This document shows, in pieces, positions 12,501 to 23,857 of a DNA stretch of 64,000 nt. Position numbers and translations under genes: made by a program. The notes under the pieces were generated by a model. The model did no database searches and was not told the DNA's origin. It saw only the letters and a program-made list of their open reading frames with translations. The DNA lies in contig OZ024741.1 in assembly GCA_964016885.1 (NCBI GenBank), positions 238,638,001 to 238,702,000 of the forward strand, read 5' to 3'. How positions within the stretch are numbered: position 1 is the stretch's first letter; each line of letters opens with the position of its first letter. Source of the DNA: Eledone cirrhosa (lineage: Eukaryota).

Positions 12501-13704
12501 GAAGCAGGGACTAGAGAGAAAGGGCCTCAAAGTCAACATGACAAAGACTAAGGTCCTTATAAGTAGACGAGAAAACAGAACCCAGATCCCCTCAGGGAAA
12601 TGGCCTTGCTCAGTATGTAGGAAAGGTGTAGGTAGGAACTCCATTCTTTGCCCCAAATGCAAACAATGGGTACACAAGAGATGTAGCGGGATCTCAGGAA
12701 GCTTAATTAAGAATGTAGGATTCACATGCAGCAGCTGTGCTGAAACAGCAAGCAAACAGCCACAGGAAACAAGTACCACCAATCTCTGGGAGGGCCCTGT
12801 AGAAACAGTAGACAGCTTCTGCTACCTAGGTGACCGAATTAGCAACGGAGGTGGGTGCTCAGAAAGTACAATAACTAGGGTAAGAACGGGATGGAAGAAG
12901 TTTAGGGAACTACTACCACTGCTAGCTGCAAAAGGCTTCTCCCTCAGAATGAAAGGCAGACTGTATGATGCGTGTATCCGAACAGCGATGTTGCATGGTA
13001 GTGAGACCTGGGCGCTGAAGGTGGAAGACTTACGTAGATTAGAGAGAAACGAAGCCTGCATGCTCCGATGGATGTGTAACAGTAATATACGTGAACGACA
13101 AAGCATAAATGAATTGAGAGAGAGACTGAGCATAAGAGGAATCAAATGCTGCGTGCAGGAGAGGCGGTTACGCTGGTATGGACATGTGATGCGTATGAAG
13201 GATGACAGCTGCATAAAAAGGTGCAGAGCACTAGAAGTTGATGGAAACCGCGGAGTGGGGAGACCCAAGATGACTTGGGATGAGGTGATAAAAGCCGACC
13301 TTACCCAACTACACCTCTCAAAGTCAATGACACACGACCGTGACTTCTGGCGTCACGCAGTAATACAGGGTACCCGACCTCCCATGGGTACATGCTGAAG
13401 CATATAAACAATATGCCCCCCCCCCCCCCACCGCAAGGTGGTCGTGGAGGTGCCACGGCAAAAAAGCACCCAGCCCACACTGTAAAGTGGACGTGTAGGC
13501 GCCACGAAAAAGCACCCAGCACTCACTGTAAATGAGGTTGGTGTTAGGAAGGGCATCCAGCTGTAGAAATCAAGCCAGATCAGTTCCTGTATGAGCAAGG
13601 CATGGTCAGCCGACCAGACACTGCCCACAACAGGACAACCCGTCTAACCCATGCTAGCGTGGAAGAACGGACGTAAAACGGTGATGATGATGATGATGAT
13701 GATG
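9593..13704 (+). mobile_element. Full-length RTE-clade LINE
   Basis: Repetitive 5' region, single 1039-aa ORF, 3' UTR with ~50-bp repeats and a (GAT)n tail. Candidate TSD atattaa at 9586-9592 and 13705-13711 (short and AT-rich, so the 5' boundary is tentative). Confidence 0.9.
10279..13398 (+). CDS. RTE LINE polyprotein: APE endonuclease + reverse transcriptase + PHD-type finger
   Basis: APE motifs TINVGS, CVQETR, AGDFNGH, SQLDFIL; RT motifs VDLEKAFD, GVHQGSVLSPLLF, YADD; C4HC3 pattern after the RT core; uninterrupted ORF. Confidence 0.95.
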   Translation: MNLRATKHPREAPTQRPSPTSVDKCPKLRVGTINVGSMKGRAGEIVEMLERKEVDVCCVQETRWRGGSARVLVGKSQCYKFFWVGNDDGMGGVGILLADKWVDKVISVYRVNARIIKLRLVLNKTITTIISAYAPQSGLPDELKDRFYESLIHTTALTDDKDFLIIAGDFNGHVGKHCDGFNRVHGGHGVGTRNEEGFRLLEFCDANDMSICNTNFKKPDNHLITYRSGEHSSQLDFILIRGRDRWTVVNTKAFPSEECTSQHSLVVSDLTVRTRRALKQRPTWRRKIWKLKVPSTSNRFKDILLNAYDSKEEQIETFNVEENWEFLKNNLLEATDEVCGWSKTSSRRRVTWWWNNKVDEAVKAKRQAWKEWKNGGSRVHYIETKREARRQVYLARREAEDRKFKHVLQREDQKQEVFKIARQCVRDSCDVIGEKCIRNDKGELALTSAEKKDAWKSHYDRLLNEENAWEEETLPHVDPIEGPAVQVSGSVVSKAIRDMKIGKATGPSGIAAEMLKASGSVGHTITTRIVNQVILEGAIPKDWCSSIIVNCYKGKGDALDRGNYRGIKLMDQVMKVTERVIAQLIRDRVNIDEMQFGFVPGKGTTDALFLVRQLQEKYLAKSKPLYLAFVDLEKAFDRVPRAVIWWALRKLGVDEWLVKAVQAMYRGAVSKVRIGNEYSEEFSVQVGVHQGSVLSPLLFIIVLQAITEEFKTGCPWELLYADDLALIAESMVELENKFQTWKQGLERKGLKVNMTKTKVLISRRENRTQIPSGKWPCSVCRKGVGRNSILCPKCKQWVHKRCSGISGSLIKNVGFTCSSCAETASKQPQETSTTNLWEGPVETVDSFCYLGDRISNGGGCSESTITRVRTGWKKFRELLPLLAAKGFSLRMKGRLYDACIRTAMLHGSETWALKVEDLRRLERNEACMLRWMCNSNIRERQSINELRERLSIRGIKCCVQERRLRWYGHVMRMKDDSCIKRCRALEVDGNRGVGRPKMTWDEVIKADLTQLHLSKSMTHDRDFWRHAVIQGTRPPMGTC

Positions 13705-14989
13705 ATATTAATTTTATTGTTTGTTAACATGAAACATTTATATAAAATCTAAAGTATAGTAAACAATATTATTATTACATCTTTAATTGCAGTATACAGT
13801 ATTGGAAAATAGATATCTTTGAATGTAGTGATTTCTTTTTTCAAAGTATATTTCGCTAATATAAATTAATTTAAAAATTAATTAAAATTAAATAAGATTT
13901 TAAAGTTTGTTTCCAAAGACAACACTCACATTTCATTTTTATATACTTTTGCAGTGATATGCAAAACTTGATTTATCTATATATAATCTAAAAATTTAAC
14001 TCATCCTTCAAATTCAATATTTTGTATTTTCACAGCTATTTTACTTTAAAAGGGTCTAACGGTTACAAGGAATGTGTTAGTAAGGTATCAATTTCAATGG
14101 GATAAAATCAGTGAGGCTTGTGATTGGCTCTCTCTTATTTAATTTTTTTTTTAAAAAGTTAATTCAGGATTGAAAGGCGGTGTCTTGGAGATTGATCGGA
14201 GAAGGGGGGAGGGACAGAGCCCATGACCCTTTTTAGAGCCTCTTAGAGGAAGTGAAGACAGTATTCTCAAACAAGAGATCTGGTCTAAATGTTAGCAGCA
14301 GAGTGGACTACGCTAAAAACATGCGGAGGGATGTTAAAGAAGAATGAGGAGGAATATTAAACCAAGCAATGGATTATGTTTACTCCCCAAGTGGGACACA
14401 ACGAAATTTGAACTCAGAATGCAAGGAGTCAGAGCAACTACTGCAAAGCATTTTGGTCAATACTCTAACAATTCTGCCATTCCACGGACTTGAATTAGTA
14501 CTTTTTATTATAAATTTTATAAGGCAGGGTGTATGTAAGACTATATTATCTGAAATGACCTAACCGTTTTTAAAGATAGTAAGATGTGACTTTTTTAGCA
14601 AGATTTAGCTGTTATTCCAAACAGTTTGATCAACTACATAGAGCGAAAGCTCAAAGGCAATAGCATTGTTTTAAAACCGTTATATACTGGAATTGTAATG
14701 ATTGACAATGGTTAGTTCAATAAATGTTTTTAGTTAGAATTATCACTGTATTATTATTAGTGTACACATATATAATATATATATTTCACATCATTTATTT
14801 ATTTGTTTGTGGTTCCTAATCCTAACCCTATTCTTGAAATGTGTCTTTGTGATAAGACAACAATTCAAAGAGCAGTTCATAGAATGTTAATAATTATGAC
14901 AAACTTATCTTCCTTGTCCTTGTAAATGTTCTCCCATCCATTGCCATTTTAGCAATAAAAGAAATCATTATAGGTCTAAGTTCAAATCC

Positions 14990-15160
14990 CACTGGTGGAT
15001 TGGCAGAATCTTTAGAGACCAGAAAAATTTCCATGTAGAATTTGTTCTGGCTTTTTACACTCAACTTTGTCTTTAGTGTCCATAAAATAAAATACCAGTA
15101 TTGAGGTCAATTTAATCAATTTTCTCCCATTTTACATGCCTAAATAAGAAACCAATATTA
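14990..15160 (+). mobile_element. tRNA-derived SINE, decayed
   Basis: ggtggattggcagaatc head and ataaaataaataccagta core shared with neighbouring copies. Confidence 0.5.
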
Positions 15161-15427
15161 TAATTATTGTGGAAGTGTTGCCTTCTAGTGGGTTTCGTAA
15201 AAGGTCGGTGAGAGTAACAAGATTGACAAGGCTGAATTGGTCTACACTGACTATTTTTCTAATGAGTAAGCAAGAAACCGAGAGAGGACACTTCCAATGC
15301 CCTTCATGACACAGAGTAATCCAGAGTTTTGCCTGGAATTATTCTAGGAGTTTCCTCCTTAGATTGGGGAACTTTTCCTTGTTAGCTTTTATTGTTTTTT
15401 TATATATTGTCATTATTACTATTTATT

Positions 15428-15890
15428 TCAGGGTGGTGAATTGGGAGATTATTAGAACATCAGATAAAATAATTTGCAGTATTCATTCTGGCTGGCTGCA
15501 TTCCAAATTCAAATCATGTCAAAGTCAAATTCTAGGGTTGGTAAAATAAAGTACCAGTTAAATACTGGGGTCAATATAATTAGCTTTAACCTTGATCCAA
15601 ATTGTTGGCTTTGTGCCTATGTTAGCAAGAATTATTACTATTTATTTCCATTATTATTATATCTAAGGGTGGTGGATTGGTAGTATTGATAGAGCATCCA
15701 ACAGCATGCTTTGTAACATAGAGCTATGTCCCTTTACGTTTTAAGTTTTAGTTCTGCTGAAGTTAGCTTTGCCTTTTTCATCCTCCTTATGAGGTTGATA
15801 AAATCAAGTACCAGTAATACACTGTGGCCGATTTAATTGGCATTTCTCTCCTGCAAAATGGTTGGCCTTGTGCATAAAGCAGAAACCATT
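15428..15890 (+). mobile_element. Two tandem tRNA-derived SINE copies
   Basis: Heads gggtggtgaattgg / gggtggtggattgg; cores ggttggtaaaataaagtaccag / ggttgataaaatcaagtaccag. Confidence 0.6.
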
Positions 15891-16207
15891 ATTGTTATAT
15901 CGATTGTTTCTCATTGAAATCTCCTTTTCTTTACTCATAAACCCCATTTTGCATTGCCTTTTTGCACTGCTTCCAATGTCTTGAGCCCTTGTGGCTAATA
16001 GAAAATATCATTATTGTTTTTTAGTAATCATATTTTTATTATGTTCTTTCACTCCACAATTGAGCACATTTCTTTGTGCCTTGGGTATTTGGATTTGTTT
16101 TTTTTTAAGGATATATTTTTGTTTGTCGGTATTGATTTATTGACATTTTTTCCTGGCACTTTTTCACAATATCATCTGAAGAATTTGCCTTAATCTTCCT
16201 TAATATC

Positions 16208-16337
16208 TTTCTTCTTCTTCTTCTTCTTCTTCTTCTTCTTCTTCTTCTTCTTCTTCTTCTTCTTCTTCTTTCTCTTCTTCTTCTTCTTCTTCTTCTTCTT
16301 CTTCTTCTTCTTCTTCTTCTTCTTCTTCTTCTTCTTC
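16208..16337. repeat. (CTT)n microsatellite
   Basis: Direct reading. Confidence 0.95.
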
Positions 16338-16700
16338 ACTAATATTATCATTAAAATAAGTAAATCATTAATCCTTATTAAAAGAAAATACTAGTCACAT
16401 ACTGGGATCTATTTAACCACCCCCTCCCCAAGTTTCTGGCTATATTGGAAACTATTCTCATTACTACCACCATCATAGGCAGGTATTTTTATACTCTGAG
16501 TTTCAATTCTAATGCAATCAGCTTTGCCTTTCATCCCTGCAAAGTTGATTGGTAGCAGCAAAGTTGATAGGTAGTACTGGAGCTGCTGTTGTTGTTTTGG
16601 AAGGTTAATGATTAATGAAGACTCCCAATGAAATTCATTTACTCTTTACGCTAAAGAACCTACTTTTTCTTTCTTTAACTTCTTCATTATTAATAAATCT

Positions 16701-16808
16701 TTACTGTTATAATGTTATTTATTGTTATAATGTTATTTACTGTTATAATGTTATTTACTGTTATAATGTTATTTACTGTTATAATGTTATTTACTGTTAT
16801 AATGTTAT
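16701..16808. repeat. 18-bp minisatellite x6 (ttactgttataatgttat)
   Basis: Direct reading; explains the YCYNVI repeats in the ORF track. Confidence 0.9.
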
Positions 16809-18373
16809 ATAAATGTAGTCACATGGATTTTTTTTTTTAAATGTTTTTTGTTAGAGAATGACTCACAGCAAAATCAAATTGTGAATGCACATATATATTA
16901 CTCACACACACACAAAAACACACAGAACACATTTATGTCTCCACAAACACATATTTATGACTCCACAAACACACATACATTTATAACCCTTGTACATTCA
17001 TTTTACACACAAAACCAGAAATATGTACAAATATAAGCACTATCTCTTCCTATCCCACATAGTGTTCTATTCTTTTGATTAAATCTTACTAAATTGAATA
17101 TCTTTCTTTTCTGATGTTCTTTTGCTTCCAGTCAGATTTTAGACTTTGAAATTGTCATTTTAGTCCCTTAGAAAGCTGATTTTGTACAGTCAGAGCTGAC
17201 TGCTTTCATCTTATTAGAAGCAATTCCAAGCTTTATCTAACTCCACATGGATTCAAGCAATTTATTGTTTTGTATTGTAACATGAAACAATCTTTCTTTG
17301 ATTCAAACTCTTCTCAAATAATTCATTTGACACTAACTTGAAAAGTGCAGCTAGAATATCAGGAAAATAACTCAACTATTTGACTCTAGGTAATAATTTT
17401 AATTGATACTCACCATGTATCATGCTAGCAGGTCATAAGATTGCTCTCTTTTATGTGTGGGAATTACAACTGGCAATGGACTTTTTGTAAATAACAGTCT
17501 AGTTGTGAGGATTTTGATCTAATGTAACTTTAACAGATCCTGCAAAGACTGCCAATCTTTTTATAGGTTTGGCAACAAAATACTTCTTTCTCTTTTATAG
17601 ATTTAGCAATAAATTCTTTCTATTTATAATATTTTTTTTTAGTAATTAGAGATGAGGTGGGGATTCACAGATGGTAGAGTTAGTTTTAAATGTTTTATTT
17701 ACGTTTCTAATGTTTCTGAGTTCCATACCACCAGAAATATATTCTGTCTTCCAATCTTTTCTTGTTAATTTAAGTCCTTATAAGTCAAACAAATCAACTG
17801 TTCGCCTCCACTTACAAAATGGGGTTGTGCTTCTTTAAAAAAGTAAAACCAATGTCTGATAATTTATTAAACTAAAGAGAAACTGACAAAAACTGTACAA
17901 TATAAATGGCAATAAGGAATTTAAAATGAAAGAAAAGAAAACAGAAAAAGAAATTAAGCAACAAAAGAAGGGGAAATGAAGAAGGAGTGACATACTCTAC
18001 ACCCCAGTCTGAGCGGTATGTTTTAGCTGTGTCCCACAGACAAAATAGCAAAGGCATTGTCACAGAGAATGCCCAGCATCACCTGCTGCAAAAGCCACCC
18101 AAATACAAGTAAGTGGTTGGTCAAGTCCCAATATTTGGTTATCTTCCTCTCCTCAGCATTGAGGCTGAAGTGACAAGGCTGAAGGTGGAGAATGAGTTAC
18201 AGTATGTTGTATCCTAGATTAGGGATTTACCTCCCTATCTATGCTGACTTATTGCATAGATAGAATGGGAAAATGTCAAAATTTGGTAAGGTTCATCCTC
18301 CACGGTTCTGTATATGTACACAGGAACATTTTTAAAATGCAGTATTCCCTAATTTGCTGGCAGCATACTTTAA

Positions 18374-18593
18374 CCCTTTAGCATTCACATTACTCTATAT
18401 ATACTATAATATTTTCATGGTAAATGCTTTATCTCACATAATTATCTCACATAATATCGAATCTATGAGATTCTGAAAGTATTTATTTTGAGAACAATAC
18501 CGTAACATCAGTTTGAGTGATCAGTTACAGCCAGTTTCAACAGAAAAAGGTAGAGAATTCTGGCCGGTTTTGGCCAGTTTGAACATTAAAGGG
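18374..18593. mobile_element. piggyBac-type MITE (220 bp)
   Basis: TTAA on both sides (18370-18373, 18594-18597); TIRs ccctttagcattca / tgaacattaaaggg. Confidence 0.75.
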
Positions 18594-19141
18594 TTAATCC
18601 CTTGTTGGAGTGTCATACATTTTTTCTCAATATAATGTTCATAGCAGCCTTTGCATATTATTGTATATATTAAATTGAATGACATGAAATGTTTTTAATT
18701 TTGAAATGCAGGACCTTGTAATAGAAAATTTCATACTCCACAAATTGGTTTGTTGCCTTTACTAACTTAAGGTCTTAAGTTACAGTAAGCAGCTTTTAGT
18801 GATTTTTCTTGGGAACAAAAGTTACACCAATCTGGTCATCAAAGGATTACAAATCTATGAACACTCCTCACAAATGTATGGAGATGAATTCAACTGTTAT
18901 TTAAACCTTGAGTGAAAACCAGTTAGTAAAAAACAAGATAAACATTTTTTTTTGAAAACCCACTATTAAAAAAACAACAAACTATAATTTATTTAGTCTG
19001 AACTAATTTGTTTCCTTTGTGTATTATAAATATGAATGTATATATAAAAACATTAGGTGCATCCTCAAAATTTATTATTTTATTTTTCCTATATAATGTG
19101 ATTTGTACAAAACTTTTTAAAGTACTAGCCTTTGAAATATT

Positions 19142-19186
<45 letters not shown>

Positions 19187-19194
<8 letters not shown>

Positions 19195-20925
19195 CTGATG
19201 GACCAGGTCATGAAAGTAACAGAAAGAGTTATAGCACAGTTGATTAGGGACCGGGTGAAACTAGATGAGATGCAATTTGGGTTTGTACCAGGAAGAGGCA
19301 CCACTGATGCCCTCTTCCTTGTGAGGCAGTTACCGGAAAAGTACCTAGCTAAAAGTAAGCCACTCTACCTGGCATTCGTCGATCTCGAGAAAGCCTTTGA
19401 CAGAGTTCCACGTGCTGTAATCTGGTGGGCTCTTAGAAAACTAGGAGTAGATGAATGGCTTGTGAAAGCTGTACAAGCCATGTATAGGGGAGCAGTCAGC
19501 AAAGTTAGGATTAGCAATGAGTATAGCGAGGAATTTAGTGTACAGGTTGGGGTCCACCAGGGCTCTGTTCTTAGCCCTCTCCTGTTCATCATAGTCCTGC
19601 AGGCAATAACGGAGGAGTTTAAGACCGGATGCCCATGGGAACTCCTGTATACTGATGACCTCACACTTATAGCTGAATCTATGGTAGAACTAGAGAAGAA
19701 ATTCCAAACTTGGAAGCAGGGGCTAGAAAGAAAAGGTCTCAAAGTCAACATGACAAAGACTAAGGTCCTTGTAAGTAGACGAGAAAACAGAACCCAGATC
19801 CCCTCAGGGAAATGGCCTTGCTCAGTATGTAGGAAAGGTGTAGGTAGGAACTCCATTCTCTGCCCCAAATGCAAACAATGGGTACACAAGAGATGTAGCG
19901 GGATCTCAGGAAGCTTAATTAAGAATGTAGGCTTCACATGCAGCAGCTGTACTGGGACAGCAAGCAGCAAACAGCCACAGGAAACAAGTACCACCAATCT
20001 TTGGGAGGGCTCTGTAGAGACAGTAGACAGCTTCTGCTACCTAGGTGACCGAATTAGCAGTGGAGGTGGGTGTTCAGAAAGTACAATAACTAGGGTAAGA
20101 ACGGGATGGAAGAAGTTCAGGGAACTACTGCCACTGCTAGCTGCAAAAGGCTTCTCCCTCAAAATGAAAGGCAGACTGTATGATGCGTGTATCCGAACAG
20201 CAATGTTACATGGTAGTGAGACCTGGGCACTGAAGGTGGCAGACTTACGTAGATTAGAGAGAAACGAAGCCTGCATGCTCCGATGGATGTGTAATAGTAA
20301 TATACGCGACCGACAAAGCATAAATGAATTGAGAGAGAGACTGAGCATAAGAGGAATCAAATGCTGCGTGCAGGAGAGGCGGTTGCGTTGGTATGGACAT
20401 GTGATGCGTATGAAGGATGACAGCTGCATAAAAAGGTGCAGAGCACTAGAAGTCGATGGAAACCACGGAGTGGGGAGACCCAAGATGACCTGGGATGAGG
20501 TGATAAAAGCCGACCTTACCCAATTACACCTCTCCAAGGCGATGACACACAACCGTGACCTCTGGCGTCATGCAGTAATACAGAGTACTCAACCTCCCAT
20601 GGGTACAAGCTGAAGCATATAGACAATATTCCCCCTCACCCTCCCACTGCAAAGTGGTCGTGGAGGTGCCAGGGCAAAAAAGCACCCAGCCCACACTGTA
20701 AAGTGGACGTGTAGGCACCACGAAAAAGCTCCCATCCCTCACTGTAAATGAGGTTGGTGTTAGGAAGGGCATCCAGCTGTAGAAATCAAGCCAAATCAGT
20801 TCCTGTATGAGCAAGGCATGGTCAGTCGACCAGACACTGCCCACAACAGGACAACCCATCTAACCCATGCTAGCGTGGAAGAACGGACGTAAAACGGTGA
20901 TGATGATGATGATGATGATGATGAT
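19187..20925 (+). mobile_element. 5'-truncated RTE LINE, close relative of the 9593-13704 element
   Basis: Starts at IKLMDQVMKV right after a (TA)n tract; open frame to 20613 but YADD changed to YTDD; same 3' UTR and (GAT)n tail. Confidence 0.95.
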
Positions 20926-20928
20926 ATA

Positions 20929-21130
20929 AAATAAAGAGTCGGGACCCCGACGGCTGAATTCTTGCCATTTCAACAGCTAGTTTGAGACTGGAACTAGCTG
21001 TTGATATAGCAAGAACTTAGCCGTCGGAGTCCCGACTCTTTATAATATAACCATACTCTACTAACCCAAGTATCGAGTACTCTGTTGACTTATGGTCTAA
21101 CCAGTTTCAAACTTAATCCATCCTGATTTA
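20929..21130 (+). mobile_element. Short fold-back element (PLE-like end)
   Basis: Arms ataaagagtcgggaccccgacggctg...aacagctagtt / aactagctgtt...agccgtcggagtcccgactctttat, then a tail containing gtatcgagtactc. Confidence 0.6.
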
Positions 21131-21149
21131 TATATATATATTTATATAT

Positions 21150-21360
21150 ATTCTTTATTAAAGCCAAGTTTGAGTCTTGTTACTCTGGAGCTTCTCCTGT
21201 GTACTCAGAGGGCCATCAGACAGGACTCTTGATGAATGGTCTTGTGAGTACACAACAGAAATTCAAATGTAACAAGATTCAAACTTGGCTTTGATTAAGA
21301 AAATATTAATCTATATTATGGTATTGAGTACTCATTCTCCCAACCTTCAATATTAAGTAG
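21150..21360. mobile_element. Short fold-back element with degenerate hammerhead
   Basis: Arms aaagccaagtttgagtcttgttac / gtaacaagattcaaacttggcttt; minus 21172-21228 folds as an HHR-like motif; tail ggtattgagtactc. Confidence 0.55.
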
Positions 21361-21779
21361 ATATATAATTCTTTGAATTAGTCTACAGATACCATTACTT
21401 AAGAAGTAAATTGTAAACAATGTTTCCATTACTTTTCCCATTGCTGATACTAACTGCCAGTTGCAACTCCTGGCAGGAAGAGGTAAAATTTGATCTCAGA
21501 ATGGAACAGATACCAAGAAGTCTTTAACAACTCAATCATATCAACTAGTACTTTATTTATTAACCCTATAAGGAGGCTTTGAAATCTAAGCATAGTAAGC
21601 TAGAACAAAAAAACAAGGTATTTAATGCAGTGCCCTAATGTTGATAGCATTTCACTAACTACAAGATATATAAAATTAGCCATGAATATATATATATATA
21701 TATGTATATAAAATAGAACTGAACATACACACTGTATATAGACAGTATATGAAGATAATATTTTTTCATTGATATTATT

Positions 21780-23003
21780 TGAGGTAAGCTCAAGAAGTTT
21801 TGAGACTTTTTCTTTTCAGGTACTTTTAATTGACTTACACAACTGTTACTCTAATACATCATTCATATGGTTATAATAAGCAAACACACCAAATCCTTAT
21901 TTTTTCACAGGTAACACTACCCATTATACACGTCTTGTCACAGCTGACTGGTTTCACAATCAGTCGGATTGTGAGGACAACTTGTTTTCTGTTAAGCTCA
22001 GCAAAAATGCTGCACAAGCCTATGAAATGATCAAAACTGCTTACGGACTAACTTTCATGAGCCAGGTGACTGTTTTTCACTGACACAAGCGATTCCATGA
22101 GGGCAGGGAGAAGGCGAGGGACAGCAAGAAGTGTGGTAGGGAGAGGGACATCAGGATGCGAAAGTTGGTAGACAAAATTCGTAAATTTCTGATAATTACT
22201 AAACAATTTGAAGTGGTTAAGGGTACTGTGCACATGTATGATGATCTGGACATGCACAAAGTTTGTGCAAAGTTTGTTCCCAGGGAACTCAATGAAGATC
22301 AAAGGCAGAGGTGCATTGATGACAGCAGGGAGATGGTTGGATGGATTGCTTCAAATCCAAGTGTACTCTAATCTCTGGTAACCTGTAATGAGAGCTGGGT
22401 TTACTGTTATGATCTAGTGACCAAGACACAGAGTGCCTAGTTGAAACATTCTGACTCCTCAAGACCCATGAAGGTCAGGCAAAGCAGACTCACTGGGAAG
22501 CTCATGATGATCCCATTCTTACAGCAAGGGCATCATCTACATCCACTGGGTCCTCCATGGCCAGACAGTCAACAAAGAGTACTATGTAGAGGTTTTGAGG
22601 CAGTTCAGAATGAGATTTTGTTACAAGAGGCCAAAACTATTCAAGTGGCATCTGCACCAGGACCTCTTGCCACAAATCCATCCTGGTCACCAACTACTTG
22701 GCTGATATGGGAATCAAGACTGTCCCTCATCCTCCTTACAGTCCAGACTTAGCCCCATGTAACTTCTGTATGTTCTTGAAGCTGAAGTAGAAGCTCAAGG
22801 GTATCTGCTTTGAGGATGTGGAGATGAAGGAGGCTGTGACAAGTGCCCTGGACACCATCACTTTCGAGGACTACAAGAGGGTCTTCCAGAAGTGCCTGGA
22901 GTGCTACAAGTGAATTGAAGTTGGAAGATCTTACTTTGAGAGAGACTAGAGTTTCGTGTTGATCTGAATTAAATGTCTTTCAAAAGTTCTTAAGTGTACC
23001 TTG
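21780..23003 (+). mobile_element. Decayed mariner transposon (pseudo-transposase)
   Basis: Remnants 'KVCAKFVPREL', 'ESWVYCYD', 'KVRQSRLTGKLMMIPF', 'HPPYSPDLAPCNF' with stops and frameshifts; degenerate TIRs. Confidence 0.9.
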
Positions 23004-23049
23004 TATATGTCCACACTGATGTGGTTGATAATAAAATGTTTTACATTGT

Positions 23050-23410
23050 TACACATTCAGCAAGGATGCTCCACTGGATATGTAATACTAGTGTGCATAA
23101 ATGATAAAGCATAGATGAGCTGATAAAAAAACTGGGGATAAAAGGAGTTAGATGTTGCGTGAAAAAAGGAAAACAGCATATTGTTGATTACAGTTGGTTA
23201 ATGAAGTGAAAGGAAATCATGAAAGGAAAGGATCAAGGAAAAAATGGACAGAAGTGTCAAAAGCTGATCTCAGGCTGTTGAACCTCACCATAGCGATGAC
23301 AAAGTGGCAAAATGCTGTGTTGGAGAACATTCAAGGACTGAGACGATTGGAAAAATTCTATGCTAGAATGAATCCGTCCAACCCATGTAGACATAAAACA
23401 GTGATGATAT
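23050..23410 (+). mobile_element. Old RTE 3' fragment
   Basis: 'MLHWICN...KLGIKGVRC' and 'RKKWTEVSKADLRLLNL' remnants, ending in gtgatgat. Confidence 0.65.
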
Positions 23411-23434
23411 ATATGATATATACATATATATCAT

Positions 23435-23776
23435 CACAGTGTGGGCTGGGTGCTTTTTGTTGTGACTCCTACATGACCACTTTACAGTGTAAGCACCCTG
23501 CCCACACTGTAAAGTGGTCATGTAGGTGTCACAACAAAGAGCATCCAACCCACACTGTAAAGTGGTTGTGTAGGTGTCTTGACAAAAAGCAGCCAGCCCA
23601 CACTGTAAATGTGGTTGGCATTAGGAAGGGCATCCGGCTGTAGAAATCTAGCCAGAAACAGTTGTATATGAGCAAGACACAGTCACCTGACCCAACTTGC
23701 CTCAAATGGGACTACCAGTCTAACCCATGCTAGCGTGGAAAGTGGGTATTAAACAATGAGGATGAATGATGATGAT
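23435..23776 (+). mobile_element. RTE 3'-UTR fragment with inverted 5' piece
   Basis: ~50-bp cccacactgtaaagtgg repeats, ggaagggcatcc motif and gatgat tail; the first ~55 bp are inverted. Confidence 0.7.
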
Positions 23777-23857
23777 ATATATACATACAGAGAGAGAGAC
23801 AGAGAGGGGGTAAATATAGTTAGGCGTTTGTGAGATATACAAATATATATATATATA

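Noticed and set aside
12153-13268. Long antisense ORFs over RTE copies (also 19365-20552, 33478-34529)
   Set aside because: Shadow frames of the LINE ORF with no recognisable domains.
19132-19190. N-terminus of the 493-aa ORF (MKYFTIYIYIY...)
   Set aside because: Read-through of a (TA)n tract into a truncated LINE; not a real start.
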